Source of the DNA: a bacterium
Lineage (GTDB): Bacteria > UBA10199 > 2-02-FULL-44-16 > JAAZCA01
NCBI GenBank assembly: GCA_963674695.2
Contig: CAXXGI010000002.1
Span: 480,001-544,000 of the forward strand
Reading direction: 5' to 3'
DNA length: 64,000 bases
The notes beneath the pieces are model-generated. The model made no database searches, was not told the DNA's origin, and saw only the letters and a list, made by a program, of their open reading frames with translations. Positions within the stretch are counted from its first letter, which is position 1. Each line of letters begins with the position of its first letter. Positions 1 to 9,310 of the stretch are shown piece after piece. A program made the position numbers and the translations under genes.

Positions 1-55
1 CGCCGGAGAGCAGCCTGGTTGTGCGCCGATCCCCCTTTTTCGTAACGATGCTCAT
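1..55 (-). CDS. 5' fragment of a probable PduO-type cob(I)alamin adenosyltransferase (runs off window start)
   Basis: Reverse strand from ATG at 55 reads MSIVTKKGDRRTTRLLSG, matching the PduO N-terminal motif (TK-GD-G-T-L). Only 18 codons are visible. Confidence 0.6.
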   Translation of the reverse strand, partial: MSIVTKKGDRRTTRLLSG

Positions 56-186
56 GGCCACGGACCATAGAGGCTCGGGCGCCATTTGTAAACGGGACCG
101 TTTTTCGCTGGCACGACGCGGAATGAGGCGTACAATACGGTCCATCGTCAATGGTCCATGGTCGCTCTTTCAATGGGGGAGGAATT

Positions 187-675
187 ATGTTCGTCTTTCG
201 CACCGTCGTTTGGGGCGCCATCTTCTCTTTTTTGGCGCTCATCGCGGGTCCCTTCATCGCCGTGCAGTTCGACGGCAGTTTCCCCGATGTCGCTCTCGGC
301 ATATGGCGCACGCTCGGAGCACCGCTTATCGTCGTTGGGCTCGCCCTCACGCTCTACTGCGCATGGGCGCTCTTCGTCCCGGGCAAATCGCGCCCGGCGC
401 CGTATGACGCCGGCGGCGCCTTCACCATCGCGGGCCCCTATCGCTTCGTGCGCAACCCCTACATGCTGGGCATCTTGCTCGCCGCATGGGGCGAGGTGCT
501 CGTCATGAGCCTCGTGGCCATGTTCGTCTATGCGTTTTTGCTGACCTGGGTGATTCACTTCTGGGTCGTCTTCTATGAGGAGCCCTCTCTGCAGGAGAGC
601 TTCGGCCCGGAATACGAGACCTACCGCCGCGCCGTCCCGCGCTGGTTCCCCAAACTCCGTCGTTATCGGGGGTGA
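187..675 (+). CDS. Isoprenylcysteine carboxyl methyltransferase/PEMT-family membrane methyltransferase
   Basis: Hydrophobic helices, GPYRFVRNPY, EEPSL..FG.EY..Y...VPRW motifs; GGAGG before ATG 187. Confidence 0.85.
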   Translation: MFVFRTVVWGAIFSFLALIAGPFIAVQFDGSFPDVALGIWRTLGAPLIVVGLALTLYCAWALFVPGKSRPAPYDAGGAFTIAGPYRFVRNPYMLGILLAAWGEVLVMSLVAMFVYAFLLTWVIHFWVVFYEEPSLQESFGPEYETYRRAVPRWFPKLRRYRG

Positions 676-1272
676 TTAGAACGCGTCGTCGATGGGGGTG
701 GGGGCGAAGGGTGAGGGTTCGCCGCCGATCTCGGCTCGCAGCTCGGCGATGCGCGTCATCCACTCCGGGTCGGCGCCGAGCAGGGCTTCGGCCTTGTCCA
801 GGAGTCCGAGGGCGGCATCCCCTTCATCCTGTCGTGCGCGCGTGAGCGCGAGCGAGTAGTAGGCCACCCCGTTGGTGCCGTCCACGTTGATCGCATCGCG
901 GAAGAACGTGGTGGCGCGATCGTACTCCTGCGCTTCGAGCATCGCGTTTCCCTTTTCCACCAATCGCATCGAGGCATGGCGTTTCGGCGTGGCCGCCTGT
1001 GCGGCTGCAGCCGCAGCGGGGGCTTCGGCGGGACGAATGACTTCCTTCGGTGCGGTGCGCTTCTGTGGCAGGCGTTTGTGCGTGGGGCGTTTTGGCATCT
1101 CGGCACATCCGGCGAGAATGGTCCCCGCCAGCAGCATGACGCCGATCAGAAGTAATCCGGTGCGTCGGTTTTTTGTGCCGGTGCGGGTGGTGCTGCCGGT
1201 GCGATGCGTGTGGCCTCGCCGGAAAGCGGCGGGGGTGTGAACGACGGGGCAGAAAGGTCGATATCCTCGCAT
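676..1272 (-). CDS. TPR-domain lipoprotein, LpoP-like putative PBP1B activator (start uncertain)
   Basis: Lipobox ILAGC, Ala/Pro linker and C-terminal TPR pair; lies directly downstream of PBP1B. Confidence 0.7.
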   Translation of the reverse strand: MRGYRPFCPVVHTPAAFRRGHTHRTGSTTRTGTKNRRTGLLLIGVMLLAGTILAGCAEMPKRPTHKRLPQKRTAPKEVIRPAEAPAAAAAAQAATPKRHASMRLVEKGNAMLEAQEYDRATTFFRDAINVDGTNGVAYYSLALTRARQDEGDAALGLLDKAEALLGADPEWMTRIAELRAEIGGEPSPFAPTPIDDAF

Positions 1273-3596
1273 GCGAGCTCCGGTTCCGTGCCTTCGATAA
1301 AGGCTTCAAAGATGCCGCCGGGGCAGCTGTTGCTCACGAGCCCGCCGGTTACCGGATCGATCTTTACCAGAATCACCCCGGGCGGGCTAGGGAATTTCCC
1401 CGATTCCTCAGCTGCGGCCTGCTTCATGAAGTGCGTCCAGATCGGCAGGGCCGCACGACCGCCGCTCATCTTCATCTCGGCGTTGTCGTCGAAGCCGACC
1501 CAGGCCAGCGCCAAGAGGTTCGGCGTGAAGCCGACGAACCACGCATCGCGATAGTTCGAGGTGGTTCCGGTTTTTCCCCCAGCCGGTGCGGTGAATCCGC
1601 GTGCGCGTGTGCCCGCGCCGGTGCCGCGATCGACGACCCCTTCGAGGAGCTTGGTCGTCACCGCCACGGGGGCGGCATCGAAGGCGCGCTTCATACGGAT
1701 CTGTTTCTTCTCCAAAACATCGTTTTCCTTCGTGACGACGTTGATGATGGCGATCGGCTGCGCCAGAATGCCGCCGTTGGGAAAGATCGTGTAGGCGGAA
1801 GCCATCTCCATCGGGCTCACCTCGAACGCGCCGAGCGAGAGCGACGGCACTGCCATCAGCTCACTGGTGATCCCCGCGTCGCGCGCAGTGGCGACGACGT
1901 TTTCGAGCCCTGCCTCCAGGGCGAGTTTTGCGGTGGCGATGTTGTAGCTCTTCTCCAGTGCGCGACGGAGCGTGACCGGGCCATGATCCTTCTTGTCGTA
2001 GTTGCGCGGCTTCCAGTTTTTACCGCCCGATTCCACGTCAAAGCTGCTGTCGTCGATGATCGAAGCGGGCGTGAAGAGCTTGTCCGTGCGGCGCGCATCG
2101 AAGGCGGTGAGATAGACGAAGGGTTTGAAGGTCGAGCCGGGCTGGCGCGCGGCCTGCGTGCAGCGATCGAACTGGCTTGAGCCATAGTCGCGTCCGCCCA
2201 CGAGCGCGCGAACATAGCCGTTGTTGGGCTGAATGGTGATGAGACAGGCCTGCAGCGGGTCGGCATGATCCTTCGGCAACAGGTGCGCGAAGTCCTTCTC
2301 GAGGAGCTTAAGCTCCTCGCTCACGGCCGCTTCGGCGGCGACCTGCATCGTCGTGTCGAGGGTCGTGAAGATGCGAAGGCCCTCGGTCGTGAGCGTCTCG
2401 GGCGAATAGAACTCCGCCAGCTGTCGTTTGACGAAGTCGGTGAAGTAGGGCGCGGCGCCGACGCGAATGCGCAGCTTCGGCGTCACGATCCGTTCGGCGC
2501 GCGCCCGTTGGTAGTCCTCATTCGAGACGAGGCCATTCTCCCGCATGCGTTGCAACACGAAGTCACGCCGCTCGCGAGCGGCCTCGGGGTGTCGCATCGG
2601 ATTGTATTTCGAGGGGGAACGGATCATGCCCGCGAGCAGCGCGCACTCGCCGAGGGTGAGTTGATCGACGTTCTTGCCGAAGTAGAGGCGGCTGGCCTCG
2701 GCCACGCCCGAGACGGAGGAGGCGCCGCGTTGCCCCAGGTAGATTTCATTGAGATAGGCCTGTAGGATTTCGGACTTGCTGTGCGTGCGTTCGATGCGCC
2801 AGGCCATGATCGCTTCGTTAAGCTTGCGGGCATAGGTCTTCTTCGCGTGCAGGAAGAAGTTTTTCACGAGCTGTTGGGTGAGCGTCGAGCCGCCCTGCAC
2901 GATGCGCATCGATCTCAAGTTCACGAGCGCCGCGCGCAGGATGCCGATGGGATCCACACCCCCGTGTTTGAAAAAACGCTCATCCTCGATGAGCACGATC
3001 GCCTCGACGAGCGTCGGCGGTACCTCGGCGAGCGTGACGATCGTGCGGTCCTCCATCAGGTCGTTGAAAATCGAAGTGATCAGTTCCGGTTCGAGTCGGA
3101 TCAGGTCGAGCCCTTCGCGGTCGTCGAGGTTGACGATGCTCGCGATCGTCTTTCCGGAGAGGAGCAGACGGACCGGAAAACCGGCGAAGCGTTCGTCCGG
3201 GTAATCGAAATCGTGCAGATAGATGTCGAGCCGTCCCTCGCCCAGGGCATAGTCGCCGGGGCCACGGATCTCTTCGCCCGTATTGCGGTAGCCCAGGCGG
3301 TCGAGCTTGGCGACGATGCGGCGAGCAGCGGTATTCGTGCCGGGATAGAGGTATTCGGCATCGGAGTAGACGCGCGAGGGGAGATCCCAGCGGCGCTGCT
3401 GGTCGAACTGCTCCGCGATCGTGCGGTCGATGCGACGACCGTAATAGAGCAGCGCCACCGTGCCGATGATGATGAGAACGATGAGCAGCTTCACGATACG
3501 CCAGAGAAAACGCGCCTTCTCCCGCAGCGTGCGTTTCTTTGACGTCGGTTTCTTTCGACGCGAGGTAAAACTCTTGTAGCGTTTGCGAGGGCACAT
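1146..3596 (-). CDS. mrcB: Penicillin-binding protein 1B (transglycosylase/transpeptidase, UB2H-like region)
   Basis: N-terminal TM helix, EDERFFKHGG, GGSTLTQQLVKN, SxxK (STFK), SYN and KTG motifs. Confidence 0.92.
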   Translation of the reverse strand: MCPRKRYKSFTSRRKKPTSKKRTLREKARFLWRIVKLLIVLIIIGTVALLYYGRRIDRTIAEQFDQQRRWDLPSRVYSDAEYLYPGTNTAARRIVAKLDRLGYRNTGEEIRGPGDYALGEGRLDIYLHDFDYPDERFAGFPVRLLLSGKTIASIVNLDDREGLDLIRLEPELITSIFNDLMEDRTIVTLAEVPPTLVEAIVLIEDERFFKHGGVDPIGILRAALVNLRSMRIVQGGSTLTQQLVKNFFLHAKKTYARKLNEAIMAWRIERTHSKSEILQAYLNEIYLGQRGASSVSGVAEASRLYFGKNVDQLTLGECALLAGMIRSPSKYNPMRHPEAARERRDFVLQRMRENGLVSNEDYQRARAERIVTPKLRIRVGAAPYFTDFVKRQLAEFYSPETLTTEGLRIFTTLDTTMQVAAEAAVSEELKLLEKDFAHLLPKDHADPLQACLITIQPNNGYVRALVGGRDYGSSQFDRCTQAARQPGSTFKPFVYLTAFDARRTDKLFTPASIIDDSSFDVESGGKNWKPRNYDKKDHGPVTLRRALEKSYNIATAKLALEAGLENVVATARDAGITSELMAVPSLSLGAFEVSPMEMASAYTIFPNGGILAQPIAIINVVTKENDVLEKKQIRMKRAFDAAPVAVTTKLLEGVVDRGTGAGTRARGFTAPAGGKTGTTSNYRDAWFVGFTPNLLALAWVGFDDNAEMKMSGGRAALPIWTHFMKQAAAEESGKFPSPPGVILVKIDPVTGGLVSNSCPGGIFEAFIEGTEPELACEDIDLSAPSFTPPPLSGEATRIAPAAPPAPAQKTDAPDYF

Positions 3597-3670
3597 GGTT
3601 CGCTACCATGAGAAAAAAGGATTGATTTCGCAAGGGGATTACATAGAACCTTTCAGAAGTTGGTTTTTGC

Positions 3671-3741
3671 TGTCATTCCCGAGGAGTCGGGAATCTCGAA
3701 GGACTTGAAAAATCGAGATTCCCGATTCCTCGGGAATGACA
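3671..3741. repeat. REP-like double-hairpin palindromic element (TGTCAT...ATGACA family)
   Basis: TGTCATTCCCGAGGAGTCGGGAATCTCGA ... TCGAGATTCCCGATTCCTCGGGAATGACA inverted arms. Confidence 0.85.
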
Positions 3742-3813
3742 AAAACCGTTAAAATCGCCAGTTTCCGATAGGTTCTTTCCAGAGCAACGATTCGTGTGCT
3801 CGACGCATTGAGC

Positions 3814-3900
<87 letters not shown>

Positions 3901-4090
3901 CAATGCGTCGAGTTTTCAAAAGATTATGCTCTCATGCTTCTCCCGCCGGGATTTCCTCCGTGGCGCCAAAATTATGACGGTGTCAGCGTTTCGCCCGCCT
4001 GAATCCCTCACATTGAGAGTCGTGAAATCGATGGTCAAGTAATTCACTTGTTATTTCAATGGGTTATTAGATGTCCCCGACCGTTCCTTT

Positions 4091-4106
4091 CGGAATGATT
4101 CTTGCA
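4091..4106 (+). promoter_or_regulatory. Putative sigma-54 promoter (-24/-12) with upstream IHF-like site
   Basis: CGGAAT-GATTC-TTGCA (GG-N10-GC); TTTCAATGGGTTA near 4054-4066 resembles WATCAANNNNTTR. Confidence 0.5.
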
Positions 4107-4136
4107 AATAAGAAATGATGGCACAAGGAGGTCGTT

Positions 4137-5327
4137 ATGAAACGCACATGGATACTTCTCACCCTGGTCGTCCTCGTCGGCGTGGGCTCAAGCGCCTGCA
4201 GCAGCAAGGCGGCCAAAAAGGTCTACGATGAATGGGCCGAAAACCTGGATTTCTTTGTCGAGGATCCATCCCCGTATCAGCCCTCATCCTCGTCGGACGA
4301 CGACGATTCCGGAGGGTCCTCCCCTTCGGGCGATGACGACGACGATGCAGTGCCGCCCGAACCGGAGCCGGGACCTCAGTCGGTTATCGATCGGCTCGAT
4401 TTTTCGGTGACGATGGTGAAGGACGGTAGTGATTTTGGTGAGATCGTTTCCGGGTTCATCGACTTTACCTACGACGAGAATGGAATGCTCAAGCAGCTTG
4501 AGCAGACGTTCGATTCCATCGATGTGGGTAATCCCACTCAGAAGCGTTTCGAGTATACCGCCCAGCTCTTTACCTATGAGGGCGGCGTGTTGAAGGAGCA
4601 AAACGACTACGTGTTCAAAACCGAATATCCCTCCGTGGATCCAGCTCCGACCGTTCCTGCATTGGATACTTTTGATGATGAATACAAGAAGCAGCGAGAA
4701 TACGTCTACGATGCACAGGGCGTTCTCAAGGAGATCGTACTCACCAGCGGCGATAAGACCAAAGAGCTCTACACGGTTCATGAAGCAGAGGATGGATCGC
4801 GATGGGTCGAGATCAGGAAATCGAGTTTTGAGGATAACCAATGGAGCGATCCGTCGGAAAAGTATACGCGCATCGATCTCGACGCGAATGGCTTTCCGGC
4901 AAGCGAGATGAAGTGTGAAGCGTCTGGGTGTCGTGCGAATTCAAAGAAGACATTTCAGATTGTCGATCATGTTCTGCGGAAGTATGTCAGGACAGATCCG
5001 ATGCTGATGTATGCTATTGTGACAGATGCGGCAAATCAGGTGATCAGCGGGGAGCTGCTCGATGATGAATTGGGATTGTTTTCCATTACCCCCACCCGGG
5101 ATGAACAGGGTCGCATCGTCGAGGAAGTGATTATCAATGACGATTATGAGCCGGGTAATTCCATAATAACGAAGATCACCGAGGTTCATCAGGTGACGTG
5201 GCTTGAATTCGATCACCCCGTCATTTCTCCCCTCAAGAATATCCTCCTGACGCGATCGATTTCCGGAAAGCCCATGACCACGCTGCTCTACATGGATCAG
5301 CCGGAATTTCTCTTCCGGAAGTGGTAA
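4137..5327 (+). CDS. Acidic hypothetical lipoprotein with YD-like beta-hairpin repeats
   Basis: AAGGAGG RBS, lipobox SSAC, Ser/Asp linker, repeats FTYDENG, FTYEGG, YVYDAQG, TRDEQG. Confidence 0.75.
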   Translation: MKRTWILLTLVVLVGVGSSACSSKAAKKVYDEWAENLDFFVEDPSPYQPSSSSDDDDSGGSSPSGDDDDDAVPPEPEPGPQSVIDRLDFSVTMVKDGSDFGEIVSGFIDFTYDENGMLKQLEQTFDSIDVGNPTQKRFEYTAQLFTYEGGVLKEQNDYVFKTEYPSVDPAPTVPALDTFDDEYKKQREYVYDAQGVLKEIVLTSGDKTKELYTVHEAEDGSRWVEIRKSSFEDNQWSDPSEKYTRIDLDANGFPASEMKCEASGCRANSKKTFQIVDHVLRKYVRTDPMLMYAIVTDAANQVISGELLDDELGLFSITPTRDEQGRIVEEVIINDDYEPGNSIITKITEVHQVTWLEFDHPVISPLKNILLTRSISGKPMTTLLYMDQPEFLFRKW

Positions 5328-5344
5328 GCGATACGACGAAGATA

Positions 5345-5380
5345 AAAAAACGGCGGGGCCTTCGCAGCCCCGCCGTTGTT
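5345..5380. terminator. Probable bidirectional intrinsic terminator
   Basis: A-tract, then AACGGCGGGGC/GCCCCGCCGTT stem, then T-rich tail, between convergent genes. Confidence 0.75.
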
Positions 5381-5405
5381 GTATGTGCGATGGGAGGTGA
5401 TGGGA

Positions 5406-7070
5406 TCAGTAATGCAGGCGAACCGTGCCGATAGGGTTGTTGCTGATAGCGCCTTCGCCGGTCATGATTTCGATTGCACCGTCATTGTTGAGATCGACCC
5501 CGATGCCACAGATGATCGAGAGCTGCTCGGGCAGGACGAGAAAGCTGTTGTCGATATCGATACTCTCGCCGCCCAGGATGATGCGAGATTCAAAGGCGGT
5601 GTTCACGACGAGCAGATCGTCGATCCCGTCGTCGTTGACATCCCCGGCGGGGGTTATGTCGTAGGCGAGCCCAAGGTCGATTACCTGGGGGGACTGGCTG
5701 GCAAAGGCCGTTCCGCCGGGATAGAGCTTTATCGTGGCCTCCGGCCAGGCGCTGCCCGAGGGATAGTTGGAAGAGGTGGTGATCAGGTCGGGATGGCCGT
5801 CGCCGTCCAGGTCGCCGAGGTTGTATTCGGTCCAGGGACGATAGGAGAATTCATCATCTCCACAGCCATCCGCGGCGGTTGGATCTATCGTGCGCCCCGG
5901 CGTCGAGGAGAAGCCGTCCGCACTCCCGAAAAAGACGTAGGTGCGTCCGCACCCTTCTGCGCCATAGTCGGGGGCCCCCACGACGAGGTCGCGAAAACCG
6001 TCGGCGTTGAGATCTCCCGGCGATCCGACGTTCATGCCGAACTCGGCGTTGGCCGTGAGGCCGGCCGGCTGCAGCTCGGTGAAGGGAACGGGATCGCCCG
6101 GCGTGGTGGTGTCGACGATATCCTGGCCGCTATAGAGGCGCACCACGCCTAGATTTTCATCCTCTGGATCGCCCACGGCGATCTCGCTCTTGCCATCGCC
6201 GTCGATATCGCCCAGGTCGGCGAACTCCTCGGCAAAGAGTTCGCGGTCTTCGTCGATGAAGATGATTCGATCCAATTCCGCAATCGCTATCTCGCCGCTG
6301 AAGCGTTTTCCATAATAGACTATAATTGCATAGTAGGGGCCGTCGCTGTCTCCATAGCGGATGAGAACATCCATCTTACCGTCGCCGTTGACATCCGAGA
6401 GGGCCAAATAGGTGGCAAAATAGTTATTTCCTGCCGCAGTCGGATTGATGAACTGCGCGGGAGCGCTCAAAGAGAGATCCGGTCCACCGAAGAAGAGATA
6501 GACGTCGGCATCGTCCGAACTGCCATTGTCGCCGACGAGCACGTCGTCGTAGCCGTCGCCGTCGACATCGCCCACGACCATGCGCATCGGTGTGAGGTTG
6601 GCCACGATGGCCGGCATCGACATCGATCGATAGTCGGTCTGCACCGTTGCGATGTTCGAGATCGCCGAGGTGTTTCCCTCGGCGTCGATCATCAGTATGG
6701 CGGCGTAGTAGGTGGTGTTGGGGATGAGCGATTCAAAGTCGTAGGTCTGCGTTTCACCGGACGCCGACGGTGTCGGGACATCGATGACGGCGCTGGCCGC
6801 GTCGAAATTCGTGGCGTTGATGATTTCCGTCGAGTAGCGGATGTCGTATTGGGCGATCGCCGCGCCGGACGGATGCGAATCGGGAACCGTCCAGGAGATC
6901 TGGTTGCGCGTCCCGGAGACCTGGGCAAGCGTGGTGACTCCCAACCAGGACAGGACGTCGCTGCCCCCTCCACTGGAGGGATCGTAATCGCCCATGCCGA
7001 TGCCCGCGCCGCAGCCGGCGGTGACGAAGATCACGCTCAGGATAAGACCGATGTACAGGGTGTGTTTCAT
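5406..7070 (-). CDS. Lipoprotein with fibronectin-III-like domain and FG-GAP (integrin-alpha-like) repeats
   Basis: Lipobox TAGC; YDIRYS...LIPNTTYY FN3 pattern; GDVDGDGYDD, GDLNADGFRDLVVGAP repeats. Confidence 0.85.
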   Translation of the reverse strand: MKHTLYIGLILSVIFVTAGCGAGIGMGDYDPSSGGGSDVLSWLGVTTLAQVSGTRNQISWTVPDSHPSGAAIAQYDIRYSTEIINATNFDAASAVIDVPTPSASGETQTYDFESLIPNTTYYAAILMIDAEGNTSAISNIATVQTDYRSMSMPAIVANLTPMRMVVGDVDGDGYDDVLVGDNGSSDDADVYLFFGGPDLSLSAPAQFINPTAAGNNYFATYLALSDVNGDGKMDVLIRYGDSDGPYYAIIVYYGKRFSGEIAIAELDRIIFIDEDRELFAEEFADLGDIDGDGKSEIAVGDPEDENLGVVRLYSGQDIVDTTTPGDPVPFTELQPAGLTANAEFGMNVGSPGDLNADGFRDLVVGAPDYGAEGCGRTYVFFGSADGFSSTPGRTIDPTAADGCGDDEFSYRPWTEYNLGDLDGDGHPDLITTSSNYPSGSAWPEATIKLYPGGTAFASQSPQVIDLGLAYDITPAGDVNDDGIDDLLVVNTAFESRIILGGESIDIDNSFLVLPEQLSIICGIGVDLNNDGAIEIMTGEGAISNNPIGTVRLHY

Positions 7071-7096
7071 AGGGTTCCCCCACGACAATCCTAATT

Positions 7097-7112
7097 AGCA
7101 AGGAGCGTGCCA
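7097..7112 (-). promoter_or_regulatory. Sigma-54 promoter
   Basis: Minus strand TGGCAC-GCTCC-TTGCT, consensus match, about 27 nt before ATG 7070. Confidence 0.7.
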
Positions 7113-7245
7113 TGGAGGAATTCGCTAATAGGCTGAATTGAAGGTGTTTTATTGTGACATCTCTGACAAATTGACGAACCCTGGGCGAGAATCGTCAAAA
7201 TAGTGCCATCGAGGGGGTGAAAGTTGACGTAGGCACCATCGCGTC

Positions 7246-9156
7246 CTATCGCCGCCACTTTCCATATGCCATGCGCAGGAGGTAGAAGCCCAGTCCCATG
7301 AAGAGCAGGAACGAGACGATCTCGCCCATGTGCCCCGGCCAGTCGATCCCGAGTCCGGACGGCTTTCCATAGAAGAAGGCGTAGAAGGCGATGGCAACAC
7401 CCAGGAGCCCTTCGCCGGCGATCAGCCCGGAGCTGAAGAGCACGCCCTGGTCGCGGCGCGATTCGAGCAGCGCTTCGTCGTCGCGGCTGTGGTGGTCGAC
7501 GATGCGTCGAATGACACCGCCCAAAAAGACGGGCACCATCGTGGACAGCGGCAGGTAGATTCCCACGGCAAAGGCCAGCGGCTTGATGCCGAGCAGTTCC
7601 GCCACCAGTGCAAGTCCGGCGCCGATAAAGACCAGCCCCCACGGGAGGTTGGCCTGCAGCACGCCCTCGACCACGGTCTTCATGAGCATTGCCTGCGGCG
7701 CGGGCAACTCTTCCGTGCCGAAACCGAAGGTCTCGCCCAAGAGCCAGACCGCCGCGGCGATGAAGAAGGCGGAGGTCAGCACACCGATGAGTTCGCCGGT
7801 CTGTTGTCGGCTCGGCGTGGCGCCGACGATATAGCCGGTCTTTAAGTCCTGCGACGTATCGCCCGCGATCGATGCAGCCACGGCCACCACCGTGCCCACG
7901 GTGAGTGCGGCGGCCATGCCGGTGATGTCGGTCCAGCCCAGCATCGCAAAGACGATCGACGTTCCCAGGAGTGTGACGATCGTCATGCCCGAGGTGGGAT
8001 TCGAGGTGACCCCCACCATGCCGACGATGCGCGAACTCACGGTCACGAAGAGAAATGCGAAGAAGCCGATGCAGAGCGCGCCGAGTACGCGCACGAGCGC
8101 GGTATTCGATTCCCCGATCACATGCGGCAACACGGCGATGGCCAGGACGATGCAGAGCGCGCCGATGAAGACGACCGACATCGGTAGATCGTGATCGGTA
8201 CGCACGCGTCCTGCCTTTGCGGAGGTGCGCCGGGTCAGTTCATGAAACCCCATGCGCGCCGCCGCATACATCGTGGGGAGCGATTTGATCACCGTCACGA
8301 TGCCGGCAAAGGCCACCGCCCCCGCGCCGATATAGCGAATGTAGCGCGTCCAGATTTGATCGGAGCTCATCGCCGCGATTGGGTCGGTCATCTCCGGAAA
8401 GAAGGGACTGGAAAGACCCTGGCCGAACGTCGCGATCAGCGGGATGAGGACGAGCCAGGAGAGCAGTCCGCCGGCGACCATGATCGAGGCGATGCGATAG
8501 TTGAGGATGAACCCCACGCCCAGCAGTGCGGGCGATGTCTCCATGCCGATGACGGCCTTCTTGAGGATCGGCACTCGTATCGAAACTTCGCCCGGCACGA
8601 GTTTGAGAAACGAGAGGATCGCCTTGTAGGCGGCGGCGATGCCCATGCCATAGAAGATGTTGCGCGCCTTGGTGCCGCCGCTGTCGGCGGCGATCAGCAC
8701 ATGCCCCGCAGCGGTGCCCTCCGGGTAGGGGAGCGTGGCGTGTTCGCGCACAATGAGAAAGCGGCGCAGCGGAATCATGAAGAGTACGCCGAGCAGTCCG
8801 CCCAGAAGGGCGAGCATTCCGATCTGGGCGATCGAGGGGGAAAGCCCCCAGAGGAAGAGCGCCGGAATCGTGAAGATGATTCCGGAGGCGAGCGACGATG
8901 AGGCCGAGCCGATCGTCTGCGTCATGTTCGTTTCCAGGATGGTCGCTGGCGCCCAGGCGTTCTTGAGGACGCGAAAGACCGCCACCGCAATCACCGCGAT
9001 CGGAATCGAGGTCGAGATCGTCAACCCCACGCGCAGGCCCAGATAGGCGTTGGCCGTGCCGAACAGGATGCCAAAGAGGATGCCGAGGATGATCGAGCGC
9101 AGGCTGAATTCTCGCATCGACATCTCCGGTGCGACGTAGGGCTGAAATGCCTTCAT
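7246..9156 (-). CDS. OPT family oligopeptide transporter
   Basis: NAYLGLRVGLT, LPYPEGTA, GDTSQDLKTG, LPAPQA motifs; many TM helices. Confidence 0.93.
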   Translation of the reverse strand: MKAFQPYVAPEMSMREFSLRSIILGILFGILFGTANAYLGLRVGLTISTSIPIAVIAVAVFRVLKNAWAPATILETNMTQTIGSASSSLASGIIFTIPALFLWGLSPSIAQIGMLALLGGLLGVLFMIPLRRFLIVREHATLPYPEGTAAGHVLIAADSGGTKARNIFYGMGIAAAYKAILSFLKLVPGEVSIRVPILKKAVIGMETSPALLGVGFILNYRIASIMVAGGLLSWLVLIPLIATFGQGLSSPFFPEMTDPIAAMSSDQIWTRYIRYIGAGAVAFAGIVTVIKSLPTMYAAARMGFHELTRRTSAKAGRVRTDHDLPMSVVFIGALCIVLAIAVLPHVIGESNTALVRVLGALCIGFFAFLFVTVSSRIVGMVGVTSNPTSGMTIVTLLGTSIVFAMLGWTDITGMAAALTVGTVVAVAASIAGDTSQDLKTGYIVGATPSRQQTGELIGVLTSAFFIAAAVWLLGETFGFGTEELPAPQAMLMKTVVEGVLQANLPWGLVFIGAGLALVAELLGIKPLAFAVGIYLPLSTMVPVFLGGVIRRIVDHHSRDDEALLESRRDQGVLFSSGLIAGEGLLGVAIAFYAFFYGKPSGLGIDWPGHMGEIVSFLLFMGLGFYLLRMAYGKWRR

Positions 9157-9191
9157 GAACGACTCCTTGTGAGGGGGTGTATCGTTTAAGC

Positions 9192-9273
9192 TGTCATCCC
9201 CGAATGATTCTATCGGGGATCCAGTCTGGAAAACACCTGGCTGGATTCCCGCTTACACCATGCGGGAATGACA
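9192..9273. repeat. REP-like palindromic element (TGTCAT...ATGACA family)
   Basis: TGTCATCCCCGAA...CGGGGATCCAG ... CTGGATTCCCGC...GCGGGAATGACA. Confidence 0.75.
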
Positions 9274-9310
9274 CGACATGAATTCAGGGCTTGTTATCCT
9301 CGGTCTGTCG

